A stretch of DNA of 64,000 nt from Camelus ferus (taxonomy: Eukaryota), in the NCBI RefSeq assembly GCF_009834535.1, contig NC_045696.1:90646001-90710000 (forward strand). The letters run 5' to 3'. A model generated the notes under the pieces. That model searched no databases and was not told the origin of the DNA. It saw nothing but the letters and a program-made list of their open reading frames with translations. The position numbers were made by a program, and so were the translations under genes. Each line of letters starts with the position of its first letter. Within the stretch, counting starts at the first letter, position 1. Below are positions 51,011-64,000 of this stretch, piece by piece.

Positions 51011-54000
51011 ACCTTTGTGGCAAACAGATATTATTTTGCCAAAGGAAGCAGGCTCTAAATCCAGAAGCTGTTGCTACTATAAAGCTTATTTCCTCTGAAG
51101 AAATTTCTAAACAAATAGACTAAGATTTTTTTAGATCTGGTCTTACTACGAAGGGATCAACTTTCTTTTTTTTAAACATGAGAACAAATTACACCAAAGT
51201 AATCATTCAGGTTTTATAACGGTCTAAGGGAATCAGGTCAAAGAGCCACAATTAATAATGATATTTATTTTGACAAAACAGCTTTCCTTCTGATGATGGC
51301 ATTCCCCTTTACTCTCAATATTATGTATCAAAACTGTCAAACTATTAGCTTAGAAAAAAATTTGTAATTACTTTCCTCTCCTAGTAAAAGCAAATTTTTC
51401 CCATCACATTTTATTAAATCAATCTAAAATCTATTATGGATTTACTTACAAAAGTAATATTTTATAACAAATTATAAACAAAAGACATCCAAAAGAAAAG
51501 TGACTTTTTGGGTGGGGAGCAGAAAAGTAACAAAATGAATATAAACCAAAACCATTTCATAAAGCAAGCCAAAAATCCACTGAGTGTTTAGTTACAGAAT
51601 AGAAGCCATAATGCATGTAACTATATGAAGTAGCATTAAAATCTGATTTCACTGACCATGAAATAAAAGATTAAATATATTTATAATCAGTAATGTGTAT
51701 GTATTAGCCCATATAAAATGTGCACACATACAGTAATCATGAAAAACAGAGTAACTCTTAAAGAAAAATTTTACAGGTTTCTTTTTGTCATGAACTAAGC
51801 ATGTTATTCACTTTTAAAAGATTACTATGCTGCAGTTTTCTACAGCTATAAGAGCTATAAGATCATAGTTAATTTTGTACTTTCTTTCATACAGCAAAAA
51901 TCTATATGAGCTGGGGCTTTTTTATAATGGCAGAATTTTTAAAAGAGTTCTAAGTTACAAAAATACCTAAAATATCTCTTATCTCAAATAATAGCTGACA
52001 AATTTTTACACATACAAGACCTTGGTATGTACCAAATATTATTAATGAAAAATCTGGTAATATATAAATCTAAGAAAAACTTGGGTTCAAATTCCAAAGC
52101 TACTACTTGACTAAATAACTTTGTCAGGTTATGTATCTTCTCTAATTTGCCATTTTAAAATTCAAATCAAGATAAACAGCATACCTGCAGAAGTCACTTA
52201 ATAAATACTGGCTCAATCTGACAGACTAAATAATGGACCAACTGACTGTATTTCACTTTCAAAATCAAGAAATATCTTTATAGATGTTAGCTTTTTAAAC
52301 TACATTAAAATCTGTTTCAACTGTTAATACCTATAAACAAACATCAGTCTACTTTTCAACTAACAGACATACTAAGAGCTTGGCCCAATTTCTAGCAACC
52401 AATAAAAATACCATGTATATCCTAACATAAGCATATTCTTCTATCCTGATCTCGTTGAAAGGAGATAAAATTAAAAAGTGTGTTGAACAAATGAGATGCT
52501 GAGTGAAAAAAGCAATGTTCCAAAGGCACACATGGACTGTGTGAGCAAGTAGGCAAAAAGAATCCAGGGTGTTAGAAGCTGGGATAATTATTAACTACGA
52601 GGGAAGAGAGGGATAAGAATTGAGACTTTGCATAAGGAATTTTTCCAGATGTGGTGATAATCTATTTCTCAATCTGCATAGTTGTTATAGTTACATTTAT
52701 GTTGTGATAATAAAGAAACCTAACACTTAAAAAATTTTTTTAAATTAAAAAGTTTTTCGAAAAAAGTGAGCAAAAATAATTTCTCAGTCACCTAATTTTT
52801 TCTTTAACATTTAAACCCCAATAACAAAAATACAGAATATCACCACTAAGTTCCAAAAAGGTCTTCCTTAGAATTCTCAGTTTCAACTTAACAGGTCTGG
52901 TTAGAATTCTCAGCATTCTTCTGATTGGAAAATATCCTGCAGATTAGTGGCTCTAAGTATATATTTTTAGGTTACCACAGTTCAGAATAGTAGTTTTCAA
53001 ATGTTCGTATTTTACAAGTAGCTATTGATCTGACTGATTATTATCTACAATAAATTCTGCTCTAGAACTTATAAATTATTTGCAAAGGCAAATATACTAT
53101 GGTTAATGAATTTCATGTGTACTATTCTCTTTTTAAGACTCTTTAATTAGTTTTACAAATATTAGTGAGCATCCATTACATAAGGACAAGTTTAAATTAA
53201 ACACACTAAACAGCTGAGGACATATGATACAATTTGAGCTTATTCTAGTAGGGAGCTGAACACTAAAGTTGGTATGTATCAGTTAAGTTATTTACAGTCA
53301 TGTAGGTAAACAGGTTCTGAAGTTCACAGAAAAGGTCCACAAGGGAAAGAAAAGGGATTTCAGTATTTTCAAGTTATGCTCTATTAGATAACAGTCTCAG
53401 ATGAAGAAAAATGGAGACTTCATCACCAGTAGATGTTATCTAAGAGAACTGCTAAAGGAAGTGATTCAGACTATGGGAAATTATACCAGACTTGGAACAT
53501 CAAGAATGAAGGAAAAGCAACAGAAATATATTTATTGAGCACCCTCATACCTAGGCTCCATGATAAATCCAGAATGGATAATAAAAACAATAACAAAAAC
53601 ATAAACAAGTATCATCAACAAAAAGTACAAGTACTAAGATATGGTATCTATGCCTTCGATGTTTAAACTGTATTGTCAAACCAGGACAAATACATGAAAT
53701 AGTTAATGTCCAAGCCAGGCTGGGAAAATGCACATGAACATGCTAGTTATCTGCTATTTCCCACATGTAGGACTAAGTTTCATAATCAATGACAATCCTT
53801 TTTCCCAGTGAGGCCAAATGCAGCTCAAGAATCTTTCTCAATACTGTGCTCTAAGGAGCCATTGCCAGTCATGTAGAGTTAGCAGGTGAGATGCAACTCA
53901 TTCGCCACCACCCCCTTTAATCCATATTCTTGACCTAGTTCAAGAGAAGTTCAGGAAAAGGAGAAACTGCCATATGTGTTAGAGTGGTTGGGAAATATTT

Positions 54001-54212
54001 CAAAGAGGAGGGGTAATTTTAGCTGGATCCTGAAGGATTGATTGCATCTGAGCAGAGTGGGTAAGCGAAAAAGAAGAGGCAGGAAGAGCAAGCTCAAAGG
54101 TCCCACATGACCTGCTAGAGGTCAGTAAGGAAAGTAGCCTGCCCAGAGTAAATGCATTAGAAGGTCACATTTCTTTTAAATTATTTTAAATAATTTTTAT
54201 TATGTAAGTTTT

Positions 54213-54408
54213 CTGGGCTGTCATGTACAACTGTGCATGTTGTTCATTATGTGGGAGAAAAAAGAAAGAAAAAACTAATGGGTCAGTAGAAGATAAAAGT
54301 TACATGCCATAGCCACGCAGTGTATCCTGGTGTGGTACTGCATCCACAGGAAGAGGGGACGTCTTTTTCTAGTATGCACAAAAGGTGCCATATGGACTAG
54401 CAGCCCTG
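54213..54408 (+). mobile_element. MER91A-like hAT-Tip100 element
   Basis: ctgggctgtcatgtacaactgtgcatgttg...tttttctagtatgcacaaaaggtgccatatggactagcagccctg (terminal inverted repeats). Confidence 0.75.
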
Positions 54409-55587
54409 CAAATAACAAGTGCTTATTATAGAAAAATTCAAAATCACATCTGGTTCTAATGAAGAAGAAAATGAAAATCACCTGAAATTCCAACAGCCAC
54501 AGATAATACCTCAACATGTTTTAGTTTTTCCCTCCATTCTTATGAATACACACTAATACACTTACTTTCTTATAAATATGGAATCATTGATTTCTGTTAT
54601 GTACGTAGCTTAAGTTTTTTCACTACTTATTTATATATAATAACCAGATTCTCAGGTGTCAATAAATATATTTACATACAATATTTTTACTGTTTACATA
54701 TTATTCTGTCCATAGATGTTCAATAGGTTAACATATCCATTATTGTGGGACATTAGAGTTGTTTCTAATTTCTTATTCTAAATAAAACTAGATGTAAAAA
54801 AGAGAGTAACTAATTATTAAATTTAAAAATGATTAATGAATTTTATGTTATGTTTATTACATTTGGAAGACTGGGGTTATATAATTTTCAAATGGGGAAG
54901 TAAGCCAGTATATTTTGTCTCCAGTACTTAAACTTAAATAATTTAAATTTCTATATTTCTCATATTTACATAAATATATGTTTGTACTTAAATATAAATA
55001 TTATCATTTATAATATTTAAATACAATTACATATACATTTCTACTTTGAAGGAAGTCCATTATTATAAAGTAATATTCTAACAGCTTCCTAAAAGCAGTA
55101 TCTACCTATATGTAATTTAGTCAACGATTCCAAGTAGAAGATAATAAATACATATAATTATTCTATTAATGTCTTCAGCTGCTAAAACTGAGAGAAAATG
55201 CAACAAGTGTATATTTTTCCTGAGAAAAGCAACCTTTCAATAACTCAGAAATTGATTATTCAATTATTGTCTTTTGATGCTTTTCCTTTCCCTCTGATGT
55301 TCTCCTTTGTAACTACACTGATAATCTAAAAGAAAACAAAAAACTAAGGTGTCATTTTAATCTGGTAAGCACCTAACAGTGTTAGAAAATAAAACTATTA
55401 CACTAAAATTCTTCCTTTGCTTAGTGAATCAAAATAAACTCCTCAGTTTATAATTCAGGATTCTTCTCAAACTATTTGCCATTTCCTAAAGACCTCTTCG
55501 CAATTCTCAGCAGTTAAACTTTGCTCATATTATCTAAATGAACTGATCTTCTTAGATATTCCACGTCTGAGGAAATACTGAAGAGTA

Positions 55588-55780
55588 TATGCCAAGCACT
55601 GTAGTATATGCTCTACACCAGTTAGCTCATTTAATCCTTAAAACTTCATTATAAAGAGATACAAGTATTATCCCTACTTTCGAGATGAGATAACTGAGGC
55701 TTAGAGAGATTAAGTAGATCACACAGTACACCCCTCAGCTATTAAAAGGCAGATGTGAAACCAGGCAGCCCACGTTCATT
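55588..55780 (-). mobile_element. MIR SINE remnant
   Basis: tatgccaagcactg...ctcatttaatcctt...ttatccctactttcgagatgagataactgaggcttagagagattaagt. Confidence 0.75.
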
Positions 55781-56049
55781 GCCCAAATTTTAGTCAAGAG
55801 AGAATTTATCACTGTCAGTCTCTAAAAACAGTAACTTTAACAATGAAACAAGATTTTACAGTATTCTACTCTTTAACTGGAACCATGAGTAGGAAAGAAG
55901 CTGCAAAGCAGAGAAGATTTAAGTAAAAAAAGGACACTGACCCTTGATAGGCTAATATATACCAGGCGCTGAGCCTGGTCATTTACCCTTATTATCACTG
56001 AATTCTCACAATATTCAAGAAAAGAAAAATCTGTATAAACAGCTAACAA

Positions 56050-56755
56050 ACATTCAGGGAGATATTATGGTGCACATATCTGCAAGATAAAACTAAATGG
56101 CATTTTTCAGCTAGCAAACAAGTGAAGATTAAAACAAATGATCATGTTTCTAGTGTTGGCAAAGGTGCAGGGAAACAGACCGCCTCATATGCTACCTGTG
56201 AGAGCAGAAAATAATACAAATTTGCCAAAAGACAGTATGAAAATATTTGAGATTCTCAATAATACACAAACTATTTGACCTGGAGGTTCTACGTCTCTGG
56301 GCTTATCCCAGTGTTAGAGTTACAAGATATTAATCACTCCATTGTTTGTAATATAGAACAAACACTAACAACAAAAAACATGGAACAAACTAAAATAATG
56401 GCAAACTATGAAACAAAACATGATATCCATACAACAAAAAACCATACAGCCATTAAAAGTTGTGATGTAGTTCTATGTTTCCATGAAAATATTCTTATGG
56501 CATACTGAGTTTTTAAAAAGAGCCTATTACAGCACAGTATGTCAGAGTTGTTAAAAAGAAGTTTTATACATGGAATGTGTATAATGTGAGTACGTTTGTG
56601 TATCTACGTATAATTGAAAAGTTATAAACCAAAATGTTAACAGTATTTAACAGTGGGATTTTGAACAATTTTTATGTTCAACCTAATGCTTTGCTTATGT
56701 ATTTCCTAAAATATCTTCCATGAAATCATATTACTGATGGTCTAATTTAAAAAAA
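56050..56755 (+). mobile_element. L1ME-like 3' end remnant
   Basis: ctagtgttggcaaaggtgcagggaaacag...accatacagccattaaaag...accaaaatgttaacagt. Confidence 0.6.
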
Positions 56756-57557
56756 TTTTTTTTTAATTCTCATAGCAGCTCCATGGAGTAGTACATTATC
56801 CTCATTTTGAAAACAACAGATATGCCTGGAGTAGAGATAGTTACTTATTTAAAGCAAGAAAGTAACACGCTAAGATGTCTAAAACTGCTCTAAATCCGAA
56901 GCTTATATTTTTTTCTTTTACAATAGAAATGTTACCTGCTGCATTAGAGAAAACAAGGCTAGGTCTGTACTCATCCCACACTTTTCCTATTCTCTATACC
57001 TTTGAAAAAGATTCTCATTATCTGTGTACATGCCTATTACCTTCAGTGTTCACTTTAAAGACTCAATGTACATTTTTGTTCATCTTTAAACTCTGTACAG
57101 TGTTTAATACTAATAGAATCTCTCTAAATTTGGTACATGAATACATGAGAAACAGTTGAATTAAATTTAATTAGAGAATGTGAAACTGGAATAGAGCTAA
57201 TGGACACAGTTATGTCCATAATGCATAAGACAAACGGAAATGGTGAATCCTTCAATAACTGATCCATATTGGTTTAAGTTCTGCCACATTCCCTTCCTTC
57301 CCACTCTGACTATATTAGTTTTAGTTCCTATCACTTCACACCAAAATCCTTCCAACACTCTTCTCCCTAGCATCAATGTCTTCAAACCCCAAGTTCATGT
57401 CTCTGCCTGCTTTATAATCTACAATATGTGGTTAATAATTTTTTACTAGTATCCAAAATGTACCTCTTCTTAGACAAATCCATTATCACCTCCATGATTT
57501 TTTTTGCTCATGCATTTATCTAAAACAGTCTTCCTCTTCCTTGCTACATCTTCAAAT

Positions 57558-57566
57558 TAGATAGAT

Positions 57567-57627
<61 letters not shown>

Positions 57628-57634
57628 TAGATAG
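57558..57634. repeat. Compound (GATA)n(GACA)n microsatellite
   Basis: Directly visible tetranucleotide array. Confidence 0.95.
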
Positions 57635-58644
57635 TGCAAGAACCAAACTCTCACTACTTCTTTGTTCCTAATAATTTCCTATATCTCTAAACTTAGAGTC
57701 ACTCCTTGGCATTCAATGGATAAATCCTGGGAACTTTCAAGTATCCTAAGTTGTGAATGCAATAAGACATGTAAAGTGCTTAGCAGATTACTCTTAGCAT
57801 ATATTACTATTATCAACATCACCATTATTATGCAGACCCTTCATGAGCATTGTTCAAATCATCAAGATCAGAAGAAAACAAAGACACTCTAGGATACAAT
57901 GCTGAGCAGTCAGCTGGTCTCATTCACCAGCTAAGTGACATGACTCCTGCACATCGTCCTGAACATACTCCTTAACATCATGTCACATAAAAACTACAAA
58001 TTCTCACATGCAACATGGGCCCCTTTTGAATAAACAGAATATTACACCTGTGGTTACCAAAGTCGATTGCATTGCCCTTACAGAAAATTCTCCATAGGCT
58101 AGCACTCACACATTCAGTACTTACTTTCTGTGCCTTCTCTGTATATATCCATTCCCCAGGGTAATTATTTGTTTAAATAAACCTTCTGCTTTGTTGCCAC
58201 ATGAAGCTTTTTGATAAGTATAGATCACTGGTGTGCGATATCAATCAAACTTTAACTTTCCCCAAACTATACAGTAAAGATAAACGTCTTTAGGTCTTGG
58301 GATATGGTTAACTAAAGCAATTTATTTACATATCACTAACATTAGCTAATGTTCACAAAATTAAAACTGGAAGACCAGAGAAGTAAACAGCCCAAGAAAA
58401 TATTATAAATTATATGTCAGAATTCTAATTTCATGAGCATGTTTTTGGGAGGGCTATGAGGGTATGGAAGAGGTAGAAGCTGTGGGTAGTAAAGTCCAGG
58501 AAATACTTCATAGAAGTGATGCTTGAGGTTCCTTCAAATAGAGGCCATTTCAACCACAAGGGCTCTGGAATCAGCTCCTCCAGCTTCTTCAAGGACTGCA
58601 TTCCTTCAATTATCTGTTCTCTTTCTCCCACCCTGTATTGCTAC

Positions 58645-59154
58645 TGTAGAGCAATTACGGGTTGAGGTGGTAAGTTAGGACAGCAAATCAAAATGAAAGT
58701 AACACTCAAACCTTTATTCACCTGTAACAGTGCAACCAAGAGGCACAAATGAGGTTTGCTCCCTAATGTTCCACTTTTCCTACAAAGAATGGCATGGACA
58801 AAGGTCAGGTGGATGCCGGGGGAATCAGGGAGGATGGAGGGGAGAGGGGTTCATCTCACTGCTGAGGAGCCCGGAACAAAAGGCTTTCCACCTCTTAAGT
58901 ACTGTACTAGTGAACCATGCGGAGGGAAAGGGAAAGGGATAGGAATAAAAACGTACAGAACCACAAGTGCAGAAAAGTGCCATGGATCCCAAACAAGGAG
59001 GCCTCTGGAGGGAAGCACCTGGGCTAGAAATAAGAATGTTTTACGGTTGGTCTAAAAGATCACGCGTAGCTTTTGGGCCTGGAGCTGGACTTCTCAGCCA
59101 CCATCCTACTTACTCTACTCTGGTTCCCTCAGTCAAACTTTTTGAAAAACTACA
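58645..59154 (-). mobile_element. Solo ERVL-class LTR (MER73/MER54/MER74-like) inserted in an L2
   Basis: Bounded by TGTAG...CTACA, ~510 bp, minus-strand AATAAA (cctttattcac ~58711), GC-richer than the flanks; L2 sequence on both sides. Confidence 0.65.
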
Positions 59155-59199
59155 CACACATTATGTCTCCTCATTCCTACCTCCTATGACATCCAGAAT

Positions 59200-60070
59200 C
59201 TACTCTTGCTAAAGTCATCAATGGTTTCTCCGTGTTACCAAATCCAAATGCCATTTTATCAGCCTTGTCTTTATACACTTCTTAGGAGCAGGTGATGCCG
59301 TCCAACACTCCCTCCCGCACACTCTCCTTACTTGTTTCCTATGATACTACATTGCTCAGGTTGTTCACGGTTTTTTCAAAAAATGACCCGAGTTTTTTGT
59401 AGGTTCATGTTACTTCTGCCTGCCATCAAAGGTTAGGGTCCCTCAAGGCTCAGTCGTAGACCCTCATCTCATGCTGTACCTTCTTCCCAATCCATCTTGC
59501 TCTCATGCACAGCATTAATAGCAACCTCTAGGTAAATGACAAAACAACAAACCACATAGTCTTCAGAAGCTCCAGATCCATTTACCATAAATAGCTGTCT
59601 ACCTGATATCTCTATTTAGATGTCTCAAAAATAAAAAACCAAAAACAAAGACACATTCAATGGGTCCAAGACTGAACTCTTGAGCTTCTACTTCAAACTT
59701 GATTCTTTTCAGTATCTCCTATTTCAAAAAAGTCACATCATTCATCCTGTTGCTCAGGCCAAAAACCTGGAAATCAATCTATTTTTTTCTCTTTCCCTAC
59801 ATAGATAATTTACCACTAAGTCCACTGATTCTATCTGTTAAGTAACCAGAGAAACTATCTCTATTTATCAATTGCCACCATCTTAGTCCAGCTACCATCT
59901 CTCTGGCCCAGTCTGTCTTAATTATTTTCCTCACTTCCACTTCTGTTTCCCTCCCATCCACCAACCCCAAAATAGAGTCTAATCAGGTAAAAATGGATCA
60001 CATCATTCCCCTGCTAAAAATCCTTCAATGCCTTTCCACTGAAGCCATCACGACTTGGCCCTCCTGCCTA
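59200..60070 (+). mobile_element. L2 LINE (ORF2 end/3' region)
   Basis: ccaaatccaaatgccatttt...ggtccctcaaggctcagtc...gtccaagactgaactcttga...cctgttgctcaggccaaaaacctgg...ggatcacatcattcccctgctaaaaatccttcaatg. Confidence 0.8.
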
Positions 60071-61072
60071 CATCACTTAATCATGCAACTATTACTGAGC
60101 ACAACCTTTGGGTCAAATTCTGTGCTAGGTATCAGGGGTACAATTATGAACAAAGCAGACTGCAAGAGTTGCAGGGAGCTTACAGACAGGTAGGAAACAC
60201 ATACAACTTACACACAAATAATTAGTAACTGTGACATGAATACTGTTAAAAAGCACTGTGGAAAAAATAGTACCGAGTCTGTAAGACAGAATGACAGGAA
60301 TACAAGATCTCATTTAGAAGGTCAGGGAATTCTTCCTTTATCTTATTTTGCTGGTACACTCACTCACTGTAGCCTTCTTCTTCACAGTCTATTTCTCATA
60401 GGGTTTTTAAGCTACCCAGCATCTGAATACTACTCCAGTTTAGGTGAGCTCTGAATCCAAAGTAATCCAAATATAGAAAGACAGGAATTATTCTAGGAAC
60501 TCTGAATCAAGAGTAAATTAAAGACAAGAATGCAAAGATTATTCTAGGTGATAGTAGCAATGAGATTACAGGTTCAGCGGCCGCAGTGCCAGACGGTAGT
60601 GTCAGTGTCTGTACATCAAGTATACTGATACCAGAATACAGCCATCTTAACTCCTAATCATTTTCAAAACCTAGTTTTTCAGAGTTCCACTGATTACATA
60701 AGCTACCCAACAGTCCTACATAATCTATGTTTATTTGTTTACTTTCAGTCTTTTCTAATAGAATCTAAGCTCAATGAGGAGTTTACATGTTGATAGGAGG
60801 GAATGGCATTTGTTAAGTCCTATAGGCCTGAAACAGCCTTGCATATAAGAAAGATTTTTGTTTTTTCTAGTTTATATAAAGTGAAAGTACAACAGAAGAT
60901 TCTTCCAGGAGTTACTTTCTTACCATAAATGGTTTTATATTCACCTACATAAAATAAAAGATAACATATTCAACTCATGGGCACTTTCTACCAAGTATTT
61001 ACTAGTAGTTCTTACGGGCCAATAGAGAATTTAAAGAATTGTCAACTATTCTCTTGATCTGAAAGTCCAAAT

Positions 61073-63435
61073 CAGGAGTCACGCAGAGGCCATATCCAGC
61101 CTTCTACCTGTTTTTATACAGTGCATGAGTCAAAATAATTTTTACATTCTTGAATAGTTGAAAAAAACCCAGTATTTTGTAACATGTGAAAATTACTAAA
61201 GTTCATATTTTAGTGGCAGTATTTAAAGCTTTGCTAGGACACAACCACACTCATTCTTGTACCTGTCTCTATGGCTGCTTTAGTGCTACAACAACAGTTA
61301 AGTTGCTGGGACACAGATAATACGTGGCACTCTCACTGGTTTGCACTGCTGCTCAGAGCACAAAAATCAGTGATACAGTATAACTTAAGAGTTTCAAGGG
61401 CTTCATAAATTGCTGTAATGTAACATTTAATTTTTGTTTTAATACCAGTGTATACCAATGATGTCAAAACAAGAAAAGAAGAGAGGGGGACTTCAAATGA
61501 CATGCTTGTAAGGCACAGTGGAGTATAGATTATTTTATAAATTAAATGGCAATGTATTGTGTTTATTATACAATGACACTATAGCTTTGCTGAATGAATA
61601 CAATATATGTTGGCGTTACCAAACTAAGCAGGCTTCACGATATTTCTAACACACAGGAAAGCAACAGTCAGAAAAAAAAAAAATAGTAAATTTAAAATGG
61701 AGTATCTCATCACAGCAGAGTGTCTCCTAAAAGTAAAAAAATACAAATGAGTTTCTCAGTGGTGTATTTGTTAACCAATCAATGAAAGTCATTTAATAAT
61801 GATGAGCTGATTAAATCGTATTTGACTGCAGCAGCCAATGGAATGTGTCTGGAGAAAATAAACTTGTTTAAAACTATTAGCCTTTCAGCAAAAACAGTTG
61901 CTTGAAAGTTGAGGACATGGGGAGTGTTATCAACAGTAAAACAAAAGGCAAATAATTTTGACTGGTTTTCCTTGGTTCATGATGAATCCACAGGTGTCAG
62001 TGATACTGTTCAATGTTGTTTGTTTGAGGAGTCAGAGCTGAATATAAAGTAACTGAAGAAGAGTCGCTGTGAAGTCTATGTAGAACATGAGAATATTTTC
62101 AAGAAAACTGAGAAAACACTAATTTGGTACAACCTGATGTGGAATCTGCTAAGATATATTACATATGATGGTGGCTAAAAATATGTACAGAACCAAAAGA
62201 GGCTTAGTTGGACAAATTTACAAAGCCTCTGAAAATGTAAGCCTATGTAAAAATTTAAAGCCTATGGTTTATTCATTGTATTATTCACCAGCAAATACTT
62301 TGTAAAAATATACGAATATATCATGTGTTGTTGAATCAGTAGGGTCAACAGTTAACCTGATTTACTCTTGTGGACTTCGTCAGTTTTGTACATTTTTAAT
62401 TCATAAATTAAACAAAAATTAAAAGAAATAGAAGCTCTAATTGCTCTAATACACGGCAATCTGATGTCTTAACAATGGTAACATTTTATTGCGATTTTTT
62501 ATAAGCAGGGTCAAGACTGAAATTTTTCTAAATGAAAAGAACTGTCCTCAACCACTTTTAGTGAACACTGAATAGCTTTAGAAATTAACTTTAGGTGTAG
62601 ACTTACTAACATTTCCTAATGAATTCAACCAAAAATAACAAGGCAACAAACACAATGCTTACATGCAAAACTGATAATGCACCAAAGTTATTTCAATAAC
62701 TGACATTATATGAGTCACAAATTAATATCAAGCTGCTTTTTTTTTTAATACACTTTCCATTCTGTCAAAAGTTAAAACAAAAGCAACATCTCCATTCTCA
62801 TACACCTTTCAAGAAGTGTATTTTCCAAGGTCAAACTACAGTTTCATTAGTAATTTTCCAACCTCGATGTAAGTACAAAGAAAACTGCCATATTTCCAAA
62901 TCCATTTAACGGTTCAGTTGAAGAGCCTTCCACTCCAAATGGAAGTGGCTAATCTGAAATGTAATAACTAAAAGACAAACATCAAGAAATGAGTATAATA
63001 GAATTTTATAAATGTATTCCAAGCAATCACAATGTTCAATTAAAATCATGCATTTGTGGATTATGATCACTATTCGGCAGTACCTACCTGTGTGGGAAAA
63101 AAAATACTTTCAAAGGTAAACTATTTAAAATCTCATTACAAATCAGGATTAAGAGATGAACATTTATAATCAATTTTGATGACAGAAAACACTAACTTTG
63201 AATCTCAATTAAGTGAAATGCTACCCCCCTGAAAAAATCCATTCTTCTCTTTCATACACTTGTATTACAAAAAAATTCAGCTAAATAATTACATTTCACA
63301 TTTTCTTAAAAAATTGTAGATTTTTATTTCCTTTCTTGTTATATAAAGTTACATAATATCCCCCAATTTTGCCTCCTAACCACAAAGCATAAAATTTTTA
63401 CTATCTAGACTCACAGGAAAAGTTTATGATTCCTG
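61073..63435 (+). mobile_element. Near full-length degenerate hAT-Charlie DNA transposon (Charlie2-like, MER58-type ends)
   Basis: TIRs caggagtca...tgattcctg; 8-bp TSD-like flanks gtccaaat (61065-61072) and atctaaat (63436-63443); MER58-like subterminal sequence; internal transposase relic. Confidence 0.85.
61458..63250 (+). pseudogene. Disrupted hAT transposase (GTF2IRD2/Charlie/SPIN-like family)
   Basis: Motifs across frameshifts and stops: MSKQEKKR start, FSLVHDESTGVSDT (~61966), TYDGG (~62161), IHCIIHQQ (~62271), SLFGSTYLC (~63067), KSHYKSGLRDEHL (hAT dimerisation region). Confidence 0.85.
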
Positions 63436-64000
63436 ATCTAAATCACTTAAATTCCACCTGTATTCAAGCTATCAATCCATATGAGGTTATTAGACTTTGG
63501 AAAACTTAGAGGTAGGTAGACAAAGGTGAACAGAGATTTGCTGTTTTCTTATTATTTTGATCATTTTGTGACAATTATTAACAATATTGACAGTATCTCA
63601 GAACCCAAATTGCAAATGACAGATAATAATTACGAAAGGAAAATGCAACAAAATACAGAGAGCTAAATTTAAAGTTGAAAACTTAGTCAACTTCTCCCTC
63701 CTGATTTTATTCTACCTTACATATCAAAAACGGTAAGAATTTTCTTAATTTTACATAAAAAAAATTGGTTGAACAAACTAAAGATTACCAAAAAAAATAA
63801 ATAAATAAAATAAAAGCAAAAGAAATAACTGTAAGATCACACTAAAAGATAGAAATTTTGTCTACCATGGCAACAATTCAACACTATAAAATGAGTTTCA
63901 CAAAGGAGGAGTAACATGATAAAAGATAAATGTTAATTATTCCATCTAAAAACTAACCTCAGCATAATCCGGTACATTCTGGAGAAAAATGGCTTTTTCT

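Noticed and set aside
54108..54124. Everted nuclear-receptor repeat TGACCT-N5-AGGTCA / weak CTCF match
   Set aside because: Lies in a decayed L2-like remnant; a single motif with no supporting context.
60570..60600. GCGGCCGC (NotI) mini CpG cluster as a promoter or vector scar
   Set aside because: Only a few CpGs, no island, and no other polylinker sites nearby.
1..64000. Short ORFs (60-111 aa) in the six-frame track as independent genes
   Set aside because: Low-complexity or repeat-derived, with no recognisable domains except L1 ORF1/ORF2 fragments; expected by chance in AT-rich intron. ORF 44834-45025 is merely antisense to the RSRC1 exon.

Overview
AT-rich, CpG-depleted mammalian genomic DNA. 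It is most likely camelid (alpaca, llama or camel), judged from a tRNA-Ala-derived Vic-1-type SINE and a young L1 3' end of camelid type. The whole window appears to lie inside the RSRC1 gene (minus strand). It holds two small coding exons: 45016-44980 (37 nt, (G)ESGNIKAGLEHL) and 8894-8843 (52 nt, PPAEQAKARLQLVLEAA). They splice in frame across a ~36 kb intron. The rest is intron: L1, HAL1, L2, MIR, LTR and DNA-transposon relics, including a near full-length dead Charlie2-type hAT element, plus several repeat-free blocks rich in homeobox/PBX/MEIS motifs. These blocks look like conserved enhancers of the SHOX2-RSRC1 regulatory block. Supplied ORFs are spurious or L1-derived. I found no prokaryote-style system and no new protein-coding gene. 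The best leads are cis-regulatory (candidate ultraconserved element with a possible poison exon, PBX/MEIS cluster, CTCF site) and retrotransposition oddities. Repeat subfamily names come from recalled consensus sequences, and most repeat boundaries are approximate.
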